Source: the human T2T-CHM13v2.0 reference genome, Homo sapiens
Length of the DNA: 64,000 nucleotides
Assembly (NCBI RefSeq): GCF_009914755.1
Contig: NC_060931.1
Direction: 5' to 3' (one strand)
In this document: one piece after another, positions 1 to 13,001 of the stretch
Layout of the letters: each line of letters begins with the position of its first letter
Numbering within the stretch: position 1 is the first letter of the stretch
The notes under the pieces: generated by a model
Told to the model about the DNA's origin: nothing
What the model saw: only the letters and a program-made list of their open reading frames with translations
Database searches by the model: none
Translations under genes and position numbers: made by a program

Positions 1-589
1 GAAATTTCCAAAGCATTTTAATGGTTTACAGATACAAAATCAGGCAAGTCTAGAATATATGATAGGAATACATGTGAATTGGATATCACCCAGGCTGCTG
101 AAAACAGTTCTTCATTATGATCCTTTCACCAAGCCAAGTTAAGCAAGAACTTATCATCAAGAGACACAAAGATATCTCCAAATTCACTCATCTGCACTTT
201 TTTTAACTATAAAAATGTTCATGTTCATATGCCAAACCAGGACTGCAGTTGAAAAATACATTTCTTTAATCACTCTGAAACCATTTTCTGAGTTAGGGAG
301 TTCTGTTTTCTTCTCAAACATTCATTGGTTTATTGCTTAGAAAAAACTTGAAGAATAAAAGTCACAGGATTACTGAGTGACCAAGATTTGAATAGTCATT
401 CAATCATTGCAGTGTTTCCATCATTTACAGTCACACAAATAATGTGCCACCCTCCCTGTGTTCCAGCTAAGTCTCCTATTCTCCCTATGAGTATTGTGAA
501 GTTAGCTAATATTTTATAATCTGTATTATTAAGATGGTAGAAGAAATTGTTTATAGCAAATTCAAGTCTCAACCTATAAGATGATGATG

Positions 590-785
590 GAATTAGATGT
601 CAGTTTGAATCCATCTTTCTCACATACCTGTTACGTAACCTTAGGAAAATTGTTTGTCACTGAGCCTTATCTTCAGGAATACATAGTAACTACCTCTTAA
701 GGATACCTTGAAAATCACACAGAATAATGTGAATGAATTTCCACATGAAGGACCTGGCACACAGCAGTCCAACAGCAAATGTCCT
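590..785 (+). mobile_element. MIR SINE, degraded
   Basis: gtttgaatcc...aaccttagg...acctggcacacagcag, MIR core and 3' end. Confidence 0.6.
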
Positions 786-1208
786 TTTCATTCTTAGCAG
801 CTCTTTGCTTTTTGGTTTGTGTTTTTGTTTTTACTTAATTCATGTTGTCCTTTAATCCTTCCCTAATAGCTTTAAATGTCAAATGCCTAACTGGCATTAT
901 TTCGGTGATCCTTGAGTATTGGATTGTCATTTCGGTACTTCAGGAGCAGTGGCAGTGTCCTAAAATGTCATTTCTACTTAATTTTGGTCACAGTAAAAGT
1001 ATTCTGAAGCCCTGAAGGGCTGAGAAGTATGCAGAGATTCTGGAAGATGCAACTGGAAACCACACCCACCATATCGGACTGGTTTTGTCAATAGCGCAAG
1101 TCTTGGAGCAATGTATCCAGTCCTTTCAAGAACCAAGTTGGGTCACCTTAGTAACTCCTGCATCCCTTCCTGACTCAAGGCCCATCAGGAGACAAGAAAG
1201 CGCTGATT

Positions 1209-1480
<272 letters not shown>

Positions 1481-1769
1481 GAGGAAAGAAAGACAGAGGG
1501 AGAGAGGGAGAGAGAGGGAGGGAGAGAGGGAGAGAGGGAGAGAGAGGGAGAGAGGCGGGGTGCGGGGGAGAGAGAGGGAGGGAGGGAAGGAGGGAAGGAA
1601 GGAAGGAAGGAGAGAAAGAAAGAGTGAGAAAGAGAGAGAACAAGAGAGAGAAGAGAAAGAAAGGGAAAGAAAGAAAAGGGAGGAGAAAGAGGGAGAGAAA
1701 GAAGGAGGAGGAGAGAAGGAAGGAAGGAGAGAGAGAGAAGCAGAGAAAGAGAAGAAAAGAAAAGAAAGG
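1481..1769 (+). repeat. Compound polypurine (GA/GGAA/GAAA) low-complexity tract
   Basis: About 290 bp almost entirely G/A. Confidence 0.95.
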
Positions 1770-2396
1770 TCCCAGACTCCTTTTTGCTCCAAGAGACCTC
1801 AGGCTCAAGTCCACGTTATACCTCTAAGGAAGAGAGGGTTTTCCACTTGCCTCCTAGAGAAACATTTCTTGTTGGATGTGAGGTAGGGGGTTTGCCAAAA
1901 GCGGTTGGAAGACTGAACAAATTCTGTTCCACAGCTCTCAGTATGAAACAGGGACCAGAATAAATGCATGGTCTACCCTTTTAGAGCAGGTTGGAGAGAA
2001 AATTAATTAATACAAAATATATAAACAAATAGGGAGAAAAAGAAGAGAAATGTTGGAAGTATGCATCTTAGAATTTCACCCCTATGTGAAATCAGCTAAG
2101 CTGTTAGTGACAATGGCCATTTTTCCTCAGGTCTACCTATCCAGTCTTAATAATCCCAGCTTGGAAGACACTTTCACATCAGTAGGGAGAGAAACTTTTC
2201 ACAGGCTTCTTTTTCATTTTCAGTTGGAACAGGAGGTTTGACAGATTTGGAAGAAGGCCCAAAGGAACAAGAATAGAACCCTTTTTTTTTCTTTTCTTCT
2301 TAGAGAATTATTCAAGTAGAGAAAATATCCCTTCTCTCTTAACGTATTTCTTAAATCTTCAGACCTTAGGATGCAATTTAAAAGTATCATGGTAAC

Positions 2397-3291
2397 TGTG
2401 ATGGTTAATTTTAAGTGTCAACTTGACTGGTGTTCCATAGGGAGCAGGTCTATGCAAGCCTACCTCCAAAGGCCAAGGGAGCTGAGAGGCCAAAGAAACA
2501 GTCTGACAAAGCCAGTTTCTCAGAAGAAAAAAAAAACAAATTGAATAGGGACTTACCAACAGAAGTTGCGTCTCTGGTATCTACAAGATGAGATGGTGGA
2601 TTCCTTTACCTCCTCAGACCCAGGGCCTATATACCATAGAGAAAGGGTCTACATGCTTCAGAAGCAAGTTACCCTAGAGCAGAATTTGCAGTAAACAGTA
2701 GATAAGGTGGAAAACTTAGTGGCATTCTGCAACTGGGTTATTCAGAAGCCAGCATGGTGCATTAGCATCCAAGAAGGAGGTGCTTTAGCCCCTACACCTA
2801 GAAATCTGTAAAGCATTACTTTGAGGTGTGTCTGTGAGGCTGTTTCCAGAGAACATTAGCATGTGGGTCTGAGTGGATGAGGTGGGGAAGAGCTACCCTC
2901 AATGTGGGAAGGCATTATCCTGTCTGCTAGGGGCTGCAGAGAACAAAAACAGAGAAAAGGTGGTAGTGTCTATCTATCTACTAGAGATGAGATATACTGT
3001 TTTGGGGCAACTCCAGGCTCCCTAGCCTTTGGGCTCCAGAACTTATACCAGATTCTCATGCTTTTGAGCTTGGGCTAAGAGTTACACCATTGGCTTCTTT
3101 TGTTCTGAGGCCTTTGGACTTGGACGGAGCCACACCACTGGTACCCCAGGGTCTCCACCATGTAGAGGACGTATCATGGGACTTCTCAGCCTCCACAATT
3201 GCATGAGCCAATTCCCCTAAGAAATCCCCTCTCGTATGTCTATATCTATATAGTCTGTTGATTATGTCCCTCTAGAGAGAACCCTAATACC
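2397..3291 (+). mobile_element. MLT2 (ERVL) solo LTR, interrupted at 2431-2796
   Basis: Starts tgtgatggttaattttaagtgtcaacttgactgg, resumes cctagaaatctgtaaagcatta, ends gagaaccctaatac; TSD-like gtaac/ataac. Confidence 0.88.
2431..2796 (-). mobile_element. ERV1-class solo LTR (MER93-like) nested in MLT2
   Basis: TG...CA termini; the minus strand starts tgtaggggctaaagcacctccttcttggatgctaat. Family name from memory. Confidence 0.65.
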
Positions 3292-3634
3292 ATAACGCAT
3301 GAAAATAATCTGATTAAAAGCTTAAAAAATAAAGAGAGAAGGAAGAGCCAAAAAGTCAGAAAATATTTATGGATGAAAATCCATAAGTGGACAGAAGTCC
3401 ACAAATATGTATGGAAAAAGAAAATAATTTTGACTTAATTCAGAAAAGTCAAAGCTGCAGAGATAGCTGCCAAGTTTAAGTGGCTTTGTTATAGAATTTT
3501 GTGTTGGTAAAATAACATTCCCCCTAGCCTGAGGTTCTCTTTGGGGTCCCAGATATTTGAGAAAACCTGGCCAATTAACTTTCTTAGAGAAAGAGATTTA
3601 AAAATTCAGTGCAGAAAAAGCAAGTCCTCCGTAA

Positions 3635-4026
<392 letters not shown>

Positions 4027-5445
4027 AAGTGCGTGCCCTTTTCTAATCCCCACCAGTGTGGGGACACAGCTGAATTTTTTTTCCTGAGTGTTTTATTTGT
4101 ATATGTTGTTGAGTGTTTTTATTTCCTGTTCTTCAGCAATGATCAGAACTCTAAATAATGTGAAGTTCACAGAAATAACACTCTTTATCTTTTCCCACAT
4201 ATTAGCTCCATGACTTGAGCTGAAACTCTATACATTTCTTTTCTTTTCTTTTGTGAGCCAAAAAGGAACTGGTCTGATAAATTGTCCTGAGGGTTTTGCT
4301 TTTAGATTGCTCACATGTTTGGCTGCCCTGCAAGCAGGTCCATTCACCAACGTCCACGCTGCCCTTGAGTACTCCATCACGTCTATGGGCCATGAAGACC
4401 TGCCTCTGACATGCAATTTCTTCACTCCACAACCGTTTGCGCGCTTATCATTTCCAACAGGCAGCTCTGGCCTTAGCAACTGGGCTCATTCCAGGCATTC
4501 CTTGGCTACAGGAAATTTACTTTCTTAAATAATCAAGCCTGAGACTATAATGCTATAGCCTACCCATTTTATAGATCAACCTGGCTTTGAACTCACTCAC
4601 ATATTTTTACCTCTATTAATTCCAACTGGTTACAAGAGTGTTTGATTTAGATAAATAGGCATTTTATATTTTTCTGTTTAAAACCAAATCCTGAGAAAAC
4701 AAATTATGAAGAGCCAGCTGCTCTCTCTGAGCCATCCTTTTCTTGGCATTTTAAATGTATTACCTTCATTTTCTCAAGAGGACTGGGCACAGGATATAGT
4801 GAAATGTTTAACTTGACTAACAATACTTTCTAGCTACTCTTCCAAGGGATATGTTTACTAAATATAAGGTGGCTTTTACAGTATTCAAGTTCTATAAGGC
4901 AAAGACTCTCAATTAAATTAAATTATTGGCAGTACAATTTAACATTCTACATTCTGTGTGAACGAAGTAATTTCAAGCAGTTTGATCATTAATAATAATT
5001 TTATTCCTTCCTATACACTGAGCACAAGTTTAGTGAAATATGGGAACATGTACAGAGAGCCTGCTGTGGGGGAAGCAGTGGATTGCCAGCAAGGAAGGAC
5101 AGGATGAATAAGACTAGGCTGGGAATGCAATGGAGGGGATAGAACCAACTGCAGCATGCAGGGAAACAAGCCAGAAGGCCGAGTGAGAGACCCCCATGGA
5201 TACCCACGCTGAAGGTTCTACTGGGAGGGCTGCCTGATTCAAAGTCTTGTCCAAGGACAGCATGGCAGATAGTTGTGGGTTGCACCTAATTCTGAGGGCG
5301 TAATTTGGGTTAAGGGAGAAGACTCTTTGGAAAACATATATCATTAAAGCCTAAAGCCTAAAGACAAAAGTTTTAAAGCATCTCAATTTTTTTAAAATTG
5401 TCTTTGAAATAATACAATTGATATTTACAAGAAATACTTGTTTGC

Positions 5446-5780
<335 letters not shown>

Positions 5781-6121
5781 TGAATTGCTTTAGACATTAA
5801 TAGTGGACAAAATATTTTAGGAGTTAGATTAGCTTAACTATTTTTCAAATTATATTCCACCAGCCAAAAATATTTCATGAGGCTTTGCCTTCTTTAATTT
5901 CTAATATGAAAACAGTAGGGAATTTTTTCCATTTTTCAAAAAGTTATTCTAATAATTAATATGATTTTCTCAAAATACACGTCTCCTTGCAGTTTTTTCC
6001 CTTACTCCCACCTCCAGATAATTTTATATGAACCTAATGGACACCTTCCCCTTGAGTATTTCTGCCTTAAAGATAACTTTAAAGATACAACTTCAAAGAT
6101 AGATCAACAAATTGATATGTA

Positions 6122-6261
6122 AACCAGGCACGGTGGCTCATGCCTGTTAATTCCAGCATTTTGGGAGGCTGAGGCAGGATTGCTTGAGCCCAAGAGTTTG
6201 AGACCAGCTTGGGTTACACAGTGAGACCCCATCTCTATAAAAAAAATAAATATCTAAAAAT
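6122..6261 (+). mobile_element. FLAM (free left Alu monomer)
   Basis: Single left monomer plus A-rich tail; TSD aaattgaYatgt (6109-6120, 6262-6273). Confidence 0.88.
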
Positions 6262-6709
6262 AAATTGACATGTAAATAAGTTTATCTTTGCTTTTTGTTA
6301 AAAGAGGTCTTCTAAAAACTTGCTTTTATCAACTTTAACATTACTAAATTTTATTTTAGTATTCTGAAGTTTAGACCTTAACTAATGCAAATTTGCTTAC
6401 TTTAGACTAGTACAAATGACTTATGATTTACCTGTGCCAGTAGCCAATCTCACTTTCTGTGCTTCTCCCTAGGGAGTTGGGTCAAGTATAGCTTACAGAG
6501 AAATACCAAATTCTAGCCCTTATGTGAATCATTTCTCAGCAATCCTCAAAGGCACCAAAATGTCCTTTCACATCTTCTATTTCTTTCCATCCTGGATTTA
6601 TGACCAGAAACACAGACAACACTATTCTAAACTAATTTTGTTTAAAGAAAGGGGAAATTTGTACTTTTTGAGTTTATCCCAATTAAAGAGGGAATCTTAT
6701 ATTATATAG

Positions 6710-6913
6710 AACAGTGGAACAAGAGTAACTTGAATTCCAATTTCAACATTATTAAAAACCAAAGTGAACAATCCTAACTAGGCATTCTGTTTCTTTATAA
6801 ATTGCACTAATTATATAAAATTCATTATTCACAAGGCTGTGAGGATCAAATGAGCTGATGGATGTGAAAGTGCTTTGAAAAGCATTAATGTTATAAAATG
6901 CAAATTATTATTA
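6710..6913 (+). mobile_element. MIR/MIR3 SINE
   Basis: cacaaggctgtgaggatcaaatgag...aaagtgctttgaaa...ttattatta. Confidence 0.65.
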
Positions 6914-8159
6914 AGTTTATTAATCATTGAGTCAGTGAAAGCCTCTTTAGTGAGAATCCTGCAAAATGTAAACCATTATCTTTCAAGAGCTGCTAGGAAA
7001 TCCTAGACAGAACTTTTCTATCTGTGTTGTTAGTGTTGCCATAACCAACAGCAAAACTTTTCCCTCTCAATTGTTGACATTAGTGCTCGCCCGTCTCTCT
7101 GTACAGCACTGAAATGCGTTATCCAGAAGCTCCGTGCTCACAACAATCCAGCAAGACTTTAGACCTCAGAGTTATACTAGTTCATGACAGGCAGTACTGT
7201 ATTCATAGTCAGCCAACCCTTGAATGCATGGCCCTGATTAAATTCCTGTCTCTGTCATGGAATTGGCATGAGTCATTTGGCCTGGAACATCATTAAAGCA
7301 GCAAACACACTTGAGATTAAATAAGAATGGATTCTAAAACATCCTCTTGAGGTTGTTATTGAGATCGTTAGCAAATCATGTTGGTTCCTTGAGTATCTTA
7401 TAGAGTTTCAAGAAATAAAAAGCAACTGCTACATTGTAGAAAGTACATCTAAAATTTTCCTCTTATCCCAAGTGATTGACAGTCTCTCTGCATCCTCTGC
7501 CCCGTTACCAAGGATGATAACTCCTGTTCAGATGAATGAGTCCAGATTTTTCTCAGGTCTAAGCCAAATGTAACCCAAATATTTGAACAAGTCCATTGCT
7601 AGTCACTTTTTAGTTTTCAGAGATGAATAAAGCTATAAGTAAAATGCTTTCTAAAGCTTTACTATTGAAGTAATTTGATTTAAATCCCTTTTAAATAGGT
7701 CTATTTTAGCCTGTTGACTTTTATATTTCCTTAACAAATGTCTCTTATAAAGGAATCTTGTAAATTCAGTTAAAAATATAAATTAAGTCATGTAAGTCAA
7801 ATTAAAGCAGTAGATCAAGTTATAAATTGAAACAAGTTTATAATCCCTCTCCTCTATTAACTAAGTTAAAATGTTATCTTCTGTGGCCTCATACAACAAC
7901 CTCCTGAATCATAAACCACCTGAGGTTATGACAAACACTTAATAACTTCTTTTAAAATATCAAGGACTATTCCAAAAGACTTTTATTTCTGTTACTATAA
8001 TGAATTTATGATTACTCAGACTTTCAGCTTTTGCGCTAACATTCAAATGTCATTGGGTTACTTATTCCAACACTTCTTCTATTACTATAGATGGTTAAAA
8101 GTTCAGGAGGCCCCTTTTGTCACAAAATCAAAGTATGTCGTGGTTGAAAGGACTATTTC

Positions 8160-8424
8160 ATTCATTCATATTCAACTGATATTTTATTAAACATTTCCTG
8201 TTATGCCAGGCACTGAACTAAGTGTGTTCACATAGTTTACCTTATTTAATCATCACAACAACATTCAGGCATTGATATGATCACCTTTATTTACAAAATG
8301 AAGAAACAGAGACTTCTAGAGGTTAAGTTTATCATCCAAAATCACATTGCTAGTAAATGGCAGATTGAGATTGGAATCCTAGGTCCCTGACTCCAAGCCT
8401 AGTGTTTTTTCCACCATATACACT
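8160..8424 (-). mobile_element. MIR SINE
   Basis: atgccaggcactg...tttacaaaatgaagaaacagag...aggttaag...ctgactccaagcc. Confidence 0.8.
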
Positions 8425-9076
8425 AGAATGATGTCCTCTTTATAACACACTCACTGGATCAGATCCAAGTTGTGTTCATGGAGAGCCCGGGACCACATGA
8501 GGCAGCCCTCTTCCTATTTGAGCATTTCAGACAACTGGAAAGATTTCCCTCATCCTGAACCATCATCTCTATTAAAGATGGAGAATGTCTCCATGAAGAA
8601 ACAGTGGGTGTCTGGCTCTGGGTTCAAATTCCTGTGCCTGTAAGAACTCAGAAACACCTATGCACCTTCAAAATCCCCAACTCTGTGGAGATAAGGAAGA
8701 GCACCTGGCCTAAGTTTGACACAAAAGGGGTATTTAATAGCTGATTCATTCCTTACTCTTCTGTTTCCTTTACCAAAGTCTCAATGGCCCTTAAAACTAA
8801 TATGCTGACACACGGTCAGTGGTCCAATTTGCTATGGCTATTCTCCCAATGCCCCAGGAGGCCTTGAAAGATATTGGCCTTGCTTGTTGTCCAATGTAGA
8901 ATGGTAAATTAATGAGATCCTTGGATACCAGATAACACAGCTTGCCCTGTGTGTCCTCTTTCTATCTTATCACCCTGATGACTCAGGGCAGGCCTAAGTC
9001 CTAAAAGTTCTGAAGAAGTTTCCCTTCTTTCTTTGCCGTTCTTTCTGAGGCCCTCTCTGTGCGGTTGAGCAAGGAA

Positions 9077-9080
<4 letters not shown>

Positions 9081-9115
<35 letters not shown>
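9081..9115 (+). repeat. (AC)17 microsatellite
   Basis: Direct reading. Confidence 0.97.
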
Positions 9116-9119
<4 letters not shown>

Positions 9120-10699
9120 CAGAGCCAGGTGTGAGCTGGACCTGTCGGTTTCTAACAATAAGTCTTAGATAACAAGATAATTCTTTGTGTTTCTTAGGGT
9201 GCCACCCACACACCGTATCCATGCTTTTGTGTTAATAGCAGAGACTTCTCTTTCTGAATATATGAGGAGAGGAATAAAACAAGGGATGTGACCAAATAAA
9301 TTCTTCTGACATGAGAGACCACTTTAGATTGCCTTATTACAAAGAAGCTGATTTGCAGGGTAAACACAGGCCATGCCCTGTAAGTTTTCTTATTGATGAA
9401 ATTCATGCTTTGAATTACTGATTGATGGTTGCTGAAGGATGGCAATTTCTCTGTTCCAGTCTGGAGACTGCGCTATGTAAAATGAGCTTCTGATGATGGA
9501 AATTCTAAAATCCAAACAAAACATGGAAACAATTTTTTGAAACTCGACATCTATTTCTATGAGGAGCTAGGAGGGTGGATGCAATTGGTCAGCTCCAGCT
9601 GTTTCCTTGCTTTTATTGCACAGTTGTTACAAAGAGGAATTCAGTGTACAACTATGAGCTTCCGGCCGCTCAAGCTACTGCATTACACTACATGGCCATA
9701 CTCTGATCCCAACATGAGCTTTTTTTCCTCTAGCCAAAGGATAATGTAAAAATTATGACACAAATAAAATATTTATCCTCTAGGCATGAGTAAAGGAATT
9801 CACAAATCAGAACATAGCTTGCAAGCATACAAGAGTATGCTTGAGCAGTCCCCTCTTTTTAATAAAAATCAACCATATGAATAAAAAGCTGCCCTGCCCC
9901 AACTTCACCCCCTACCCATCACAGACCACACCACCACCCCACCATCCCCGCATACATGCGTGCACACACATGCACACACACACACACAAAGCCACCCACT
10001 ACCATTGCAGCAGGGAATCACTGATTTTTTTAAATTAAACTTTTAGAGAACCCATGAGTTTAGATGGAAAAAATCGTGGGAGAGTAGGAATAGTTTAAGG
10101 AATGTGCTTGGAGACCAGCCACTCTTCACCCAAAATGATTTCCTTTGAAATTCCTGACTTGTTCCCTTTCTGTCCTGTGACCTATTGTTCTATTAGGCCA
10201 TTCTATTCTATTACAGCATCATTTGAATCAGTAGGAGTGGGTCTGGGAGGATGGTAATACCATCTCTTTAATACCTCAATGTGGACGGAATTGAAATGGC
10301 CAAGTCCTTACCCAGAAGAGCTGTCCTGAAGAAGGAGCATTGAGTTTGAAGGGAGGAGCCAGGTGTAATTTAGGAGTGGGGAAGACATTGGACAAGCTTT
10401 GAGGAGATAGTTAAGATGACTTCCATGAAAACAGAGAGCTGAAGCCTGTTAGTAACAGACTGGAAGGAAGAAAGATACTCCTTTCTTTGCTGATCTTGCC
10501 TAAAGCCAGCAGGTCTGCACTGGCAAAAAGAGAGGAAACTGTCTTTCTCTCCCCTCTGGCAGTTTCTCTTCTACTAAGATCCAGAATCCAAGCTAATGGC
10601 ATTAGTGCTATAATTTGGTTTCACTACTAAATAATCTTTAGTTATTGATCCATGTTAGAATTTTGTACTATTGGAAAATGTATTCTGAGTTCCTAAAAT

Positions 10700-11150
10700 C
10701 AATTTATATTATTATAATGTATGTACCGTACTATCATTATGTACATAGTATTAGCATATATAGCATTTCATTCCCTTGAAACCACTTGGTCTTCATACCC
10801 ATCACTTAAAAATACTGCTTCATATTATTCCACCCAGTGGGTTTACCAAAATTTATTTAACCTAAATATTTCACAATAGGGAAATGGCAATTTCAATTTC
10901 TGTTCTTAAAATTGTTTCCAATTTTTTTATTGTAAATAATACTGCAGTAAATGATTTTTGCAAGTGGCATTTCAATATTTTACATTATTTATTGAGGATG
11001 GATTGCCAGATATGGAGAGGTAGAGTTAGAGGATGTAAAATGCTTAGGCTTTTCACGTACAAAGCTAGTAAGATTTTCTAAACACAGTGCCAAAGTACAT
11101 GCAGTATACACTGAGAATGCCTTGTTCTCTGAACACTACCAGCAATGTTT
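10700..11150 (-). mobile_element. Old L1 (L1M/L1ME) 3' fragment
   Basis: tgtttccaattttt...ataatactgcagtaaat...gagaatgccttgttctctgaacact, typical of antisense L1M 3' UTR. Confidence 0.55.
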
Positions 11151-11529
11151 TTCTTTTTTTTATTTTTATGAAGATAATAAGCTAAAATGGTAACCTATTT
11201 GCCTTTACTTCCTCCAAAATCCCTAGAAAAGGATTTCAAAATTTTTTTGAAGGTAAGAGTCAATCTAAACAAAGAGGACAGGAGAGGACAGCAACATTTA
11301 GAAAGACGGCAAGCAAATGGAGGAATAGCACACTTAGTAGACAAAGGGAGGCCAACCCCTAAGCTGGTTGAGGGAGAAGCTCAAGAGCAGGCAATTATAA
11401 AAGGGCAGTTCCTTTTATAAGGAACCGACTCCTGCAATTACTGCCTTAACTCATTCATGAAGGTGGAACCCTCTGGGTCAGGCTCTGGTGAGGGCCCTCT
11501 TCTGGGTGGCAGAAGCTCAAGGGCATGGC

Positions 11530-11724
11530 TCCTCTTCTCTTTGCCCTTCTGCCATGGGATGATACAACAAGAGGGCTCTCACAAGACGACATCCCCTCGA
11601 TCTTGAACTTTCCAGTCTCCAGAACCACAGCCAAGACATTTCTGTTCATTGTAAATTATCTGCGGTATTCTATTATAGCAGCACAAAATGGACTGAGACA
11701 GGCTGCTATAGCGGACTGCCATAG
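11530..11724 (+). repeat. Local duplicate of 13275-13471 (MST 3' half plus MST/MLT1A junction)
   Basis: About 85% identity by eye, including the junction gactgRgaca|ggYtgctatagcNNactgccatag. Confidence 0.85.
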
Positions 11725-11934
11725 CAGTCTCTGTTGCACTAGAAGGCTCAGAAATGGGTAGCCCCTGGCACCTCAGAAAGATAGACTTAAAAACGGAAGG
11801 ATCAGCTAAAAATTTCTATATGAAGACAATCTTCTCCTCACTCTTGCAGCTGGGTAACTGCCCCAGAGCCAAATAAGGCAGAAGACCCAAGATTTAGTGT
11901 CTGGAGGGGCTTCTTTTATCTCTTGAAGATTTGG

Positions 11935-12400
11935 AAGATTGTGTTTTCCAAGGACGGCTGCCACAAAAGCTCTCCTGACACCTGTGCTTCCAGAGCCAAG
12001 TGACTGCTCCATCAAGACGTGATATCTAGTTTTCCTCTCCAAGAATCTGGACAGCCTTGGGACTTGCTTAAGCCAACAGAATGTGGCAGAAATTATGCTG
12101 CCTGACTTCCAAAGCTAGGTTATAGAGCCAAGGTGACACGTGCCTTGGGGACTGGGCCATGCACATTGGAGTACTGATTGCCCAGGAAAGCAGTCAACTG
12201 CCCTGAGGCCACCATGCTCAAGGAACTGCACTAGGTTACGTGGATCGGACACATGAAAAAGCTTTGAGATGACCTAAGGAGGTAGAGAGAGGCCAAATTT
12301 CTGATTCACAGAAACCATTAGAGATAATGAAATAATTGTTGTTGTTTTAAACCAGCAAGTTTGGGGAGCAATCTGTTAGGTAGCAATAAGGACTGGAACA
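11935..12400 (+). mobile_element. MLT1 (G/H-type) MaLR LTR
   Basis: ccaacagaatgtggcagaa...ttgttgttttaaacca...tagcaataaggactggaaca. Confidence 0.75.
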
Positions 12401-12478
12401 GAGAAGATGAATAATAGTTTTTTGGTTTTCCAAAAGAACTTACTCTCCAAGTATTATCTTTGTTTTTGCTAAATCCTT

Positions 12479-12845
12479 TGTATTAGTCTAGGCTCTTAGA
12501 GCGACAGAATCAAGAGGAGATATGTACCTATATCTGTATCTCTATATATGAAAGGAGATTTATTTGGGGAATTGGCACATGCAATTATGGCAGAAGTCCC
12601 ACAATCGGCCGTCTGCAACCTGGAGAACCAGGGAAGCCAGCAGCATGGCTCAGTCCAAGTCTTAAGGCCACAGAACTAGGGAAGCCGATGGTGTAGCTCT
12701 CAGTGGGAGGCTGGAGCCCTCAGACACCGGGCGGCCACTGGTACAAGTTCTGTAGTACAAATACTGGAGAACCCAGAGTTCTGATGCCAAGGGCAGGAGA
12801 TGTCCCAGCCCTAGGGGAAAGACAGAGAGAGAGAGAGAGAGAGAG
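12479..12845 (-). mobile_element. MLT2B LTR, truncated
   Basis: tgtattagtctagg...ggaattggcacatgcaattatgg...gatgtcccagc...gagaga. Confidence 0.85.
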
Positions 12846-13001
12846 CAAAAAAAGAAAAATAGAAGAAAAAACATGCATTCAAATCATTTTGTAACTCCTA
12901 ATTATTAGGACGATAATAAAAGAAGATTCCAGATTCCAGACCTAGAGAGCAACCAGTACAGACTGAACAAGGAAGATGAAGAGCTCCATGGGGACTATCT
13001 T

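Noticed and set aside
4253-4528. 91-aa ORF after a pyrimidine tract
   Set aside because: Non-ATG start, weak GAG acceptor, no convincing donor and no recognisable homology.
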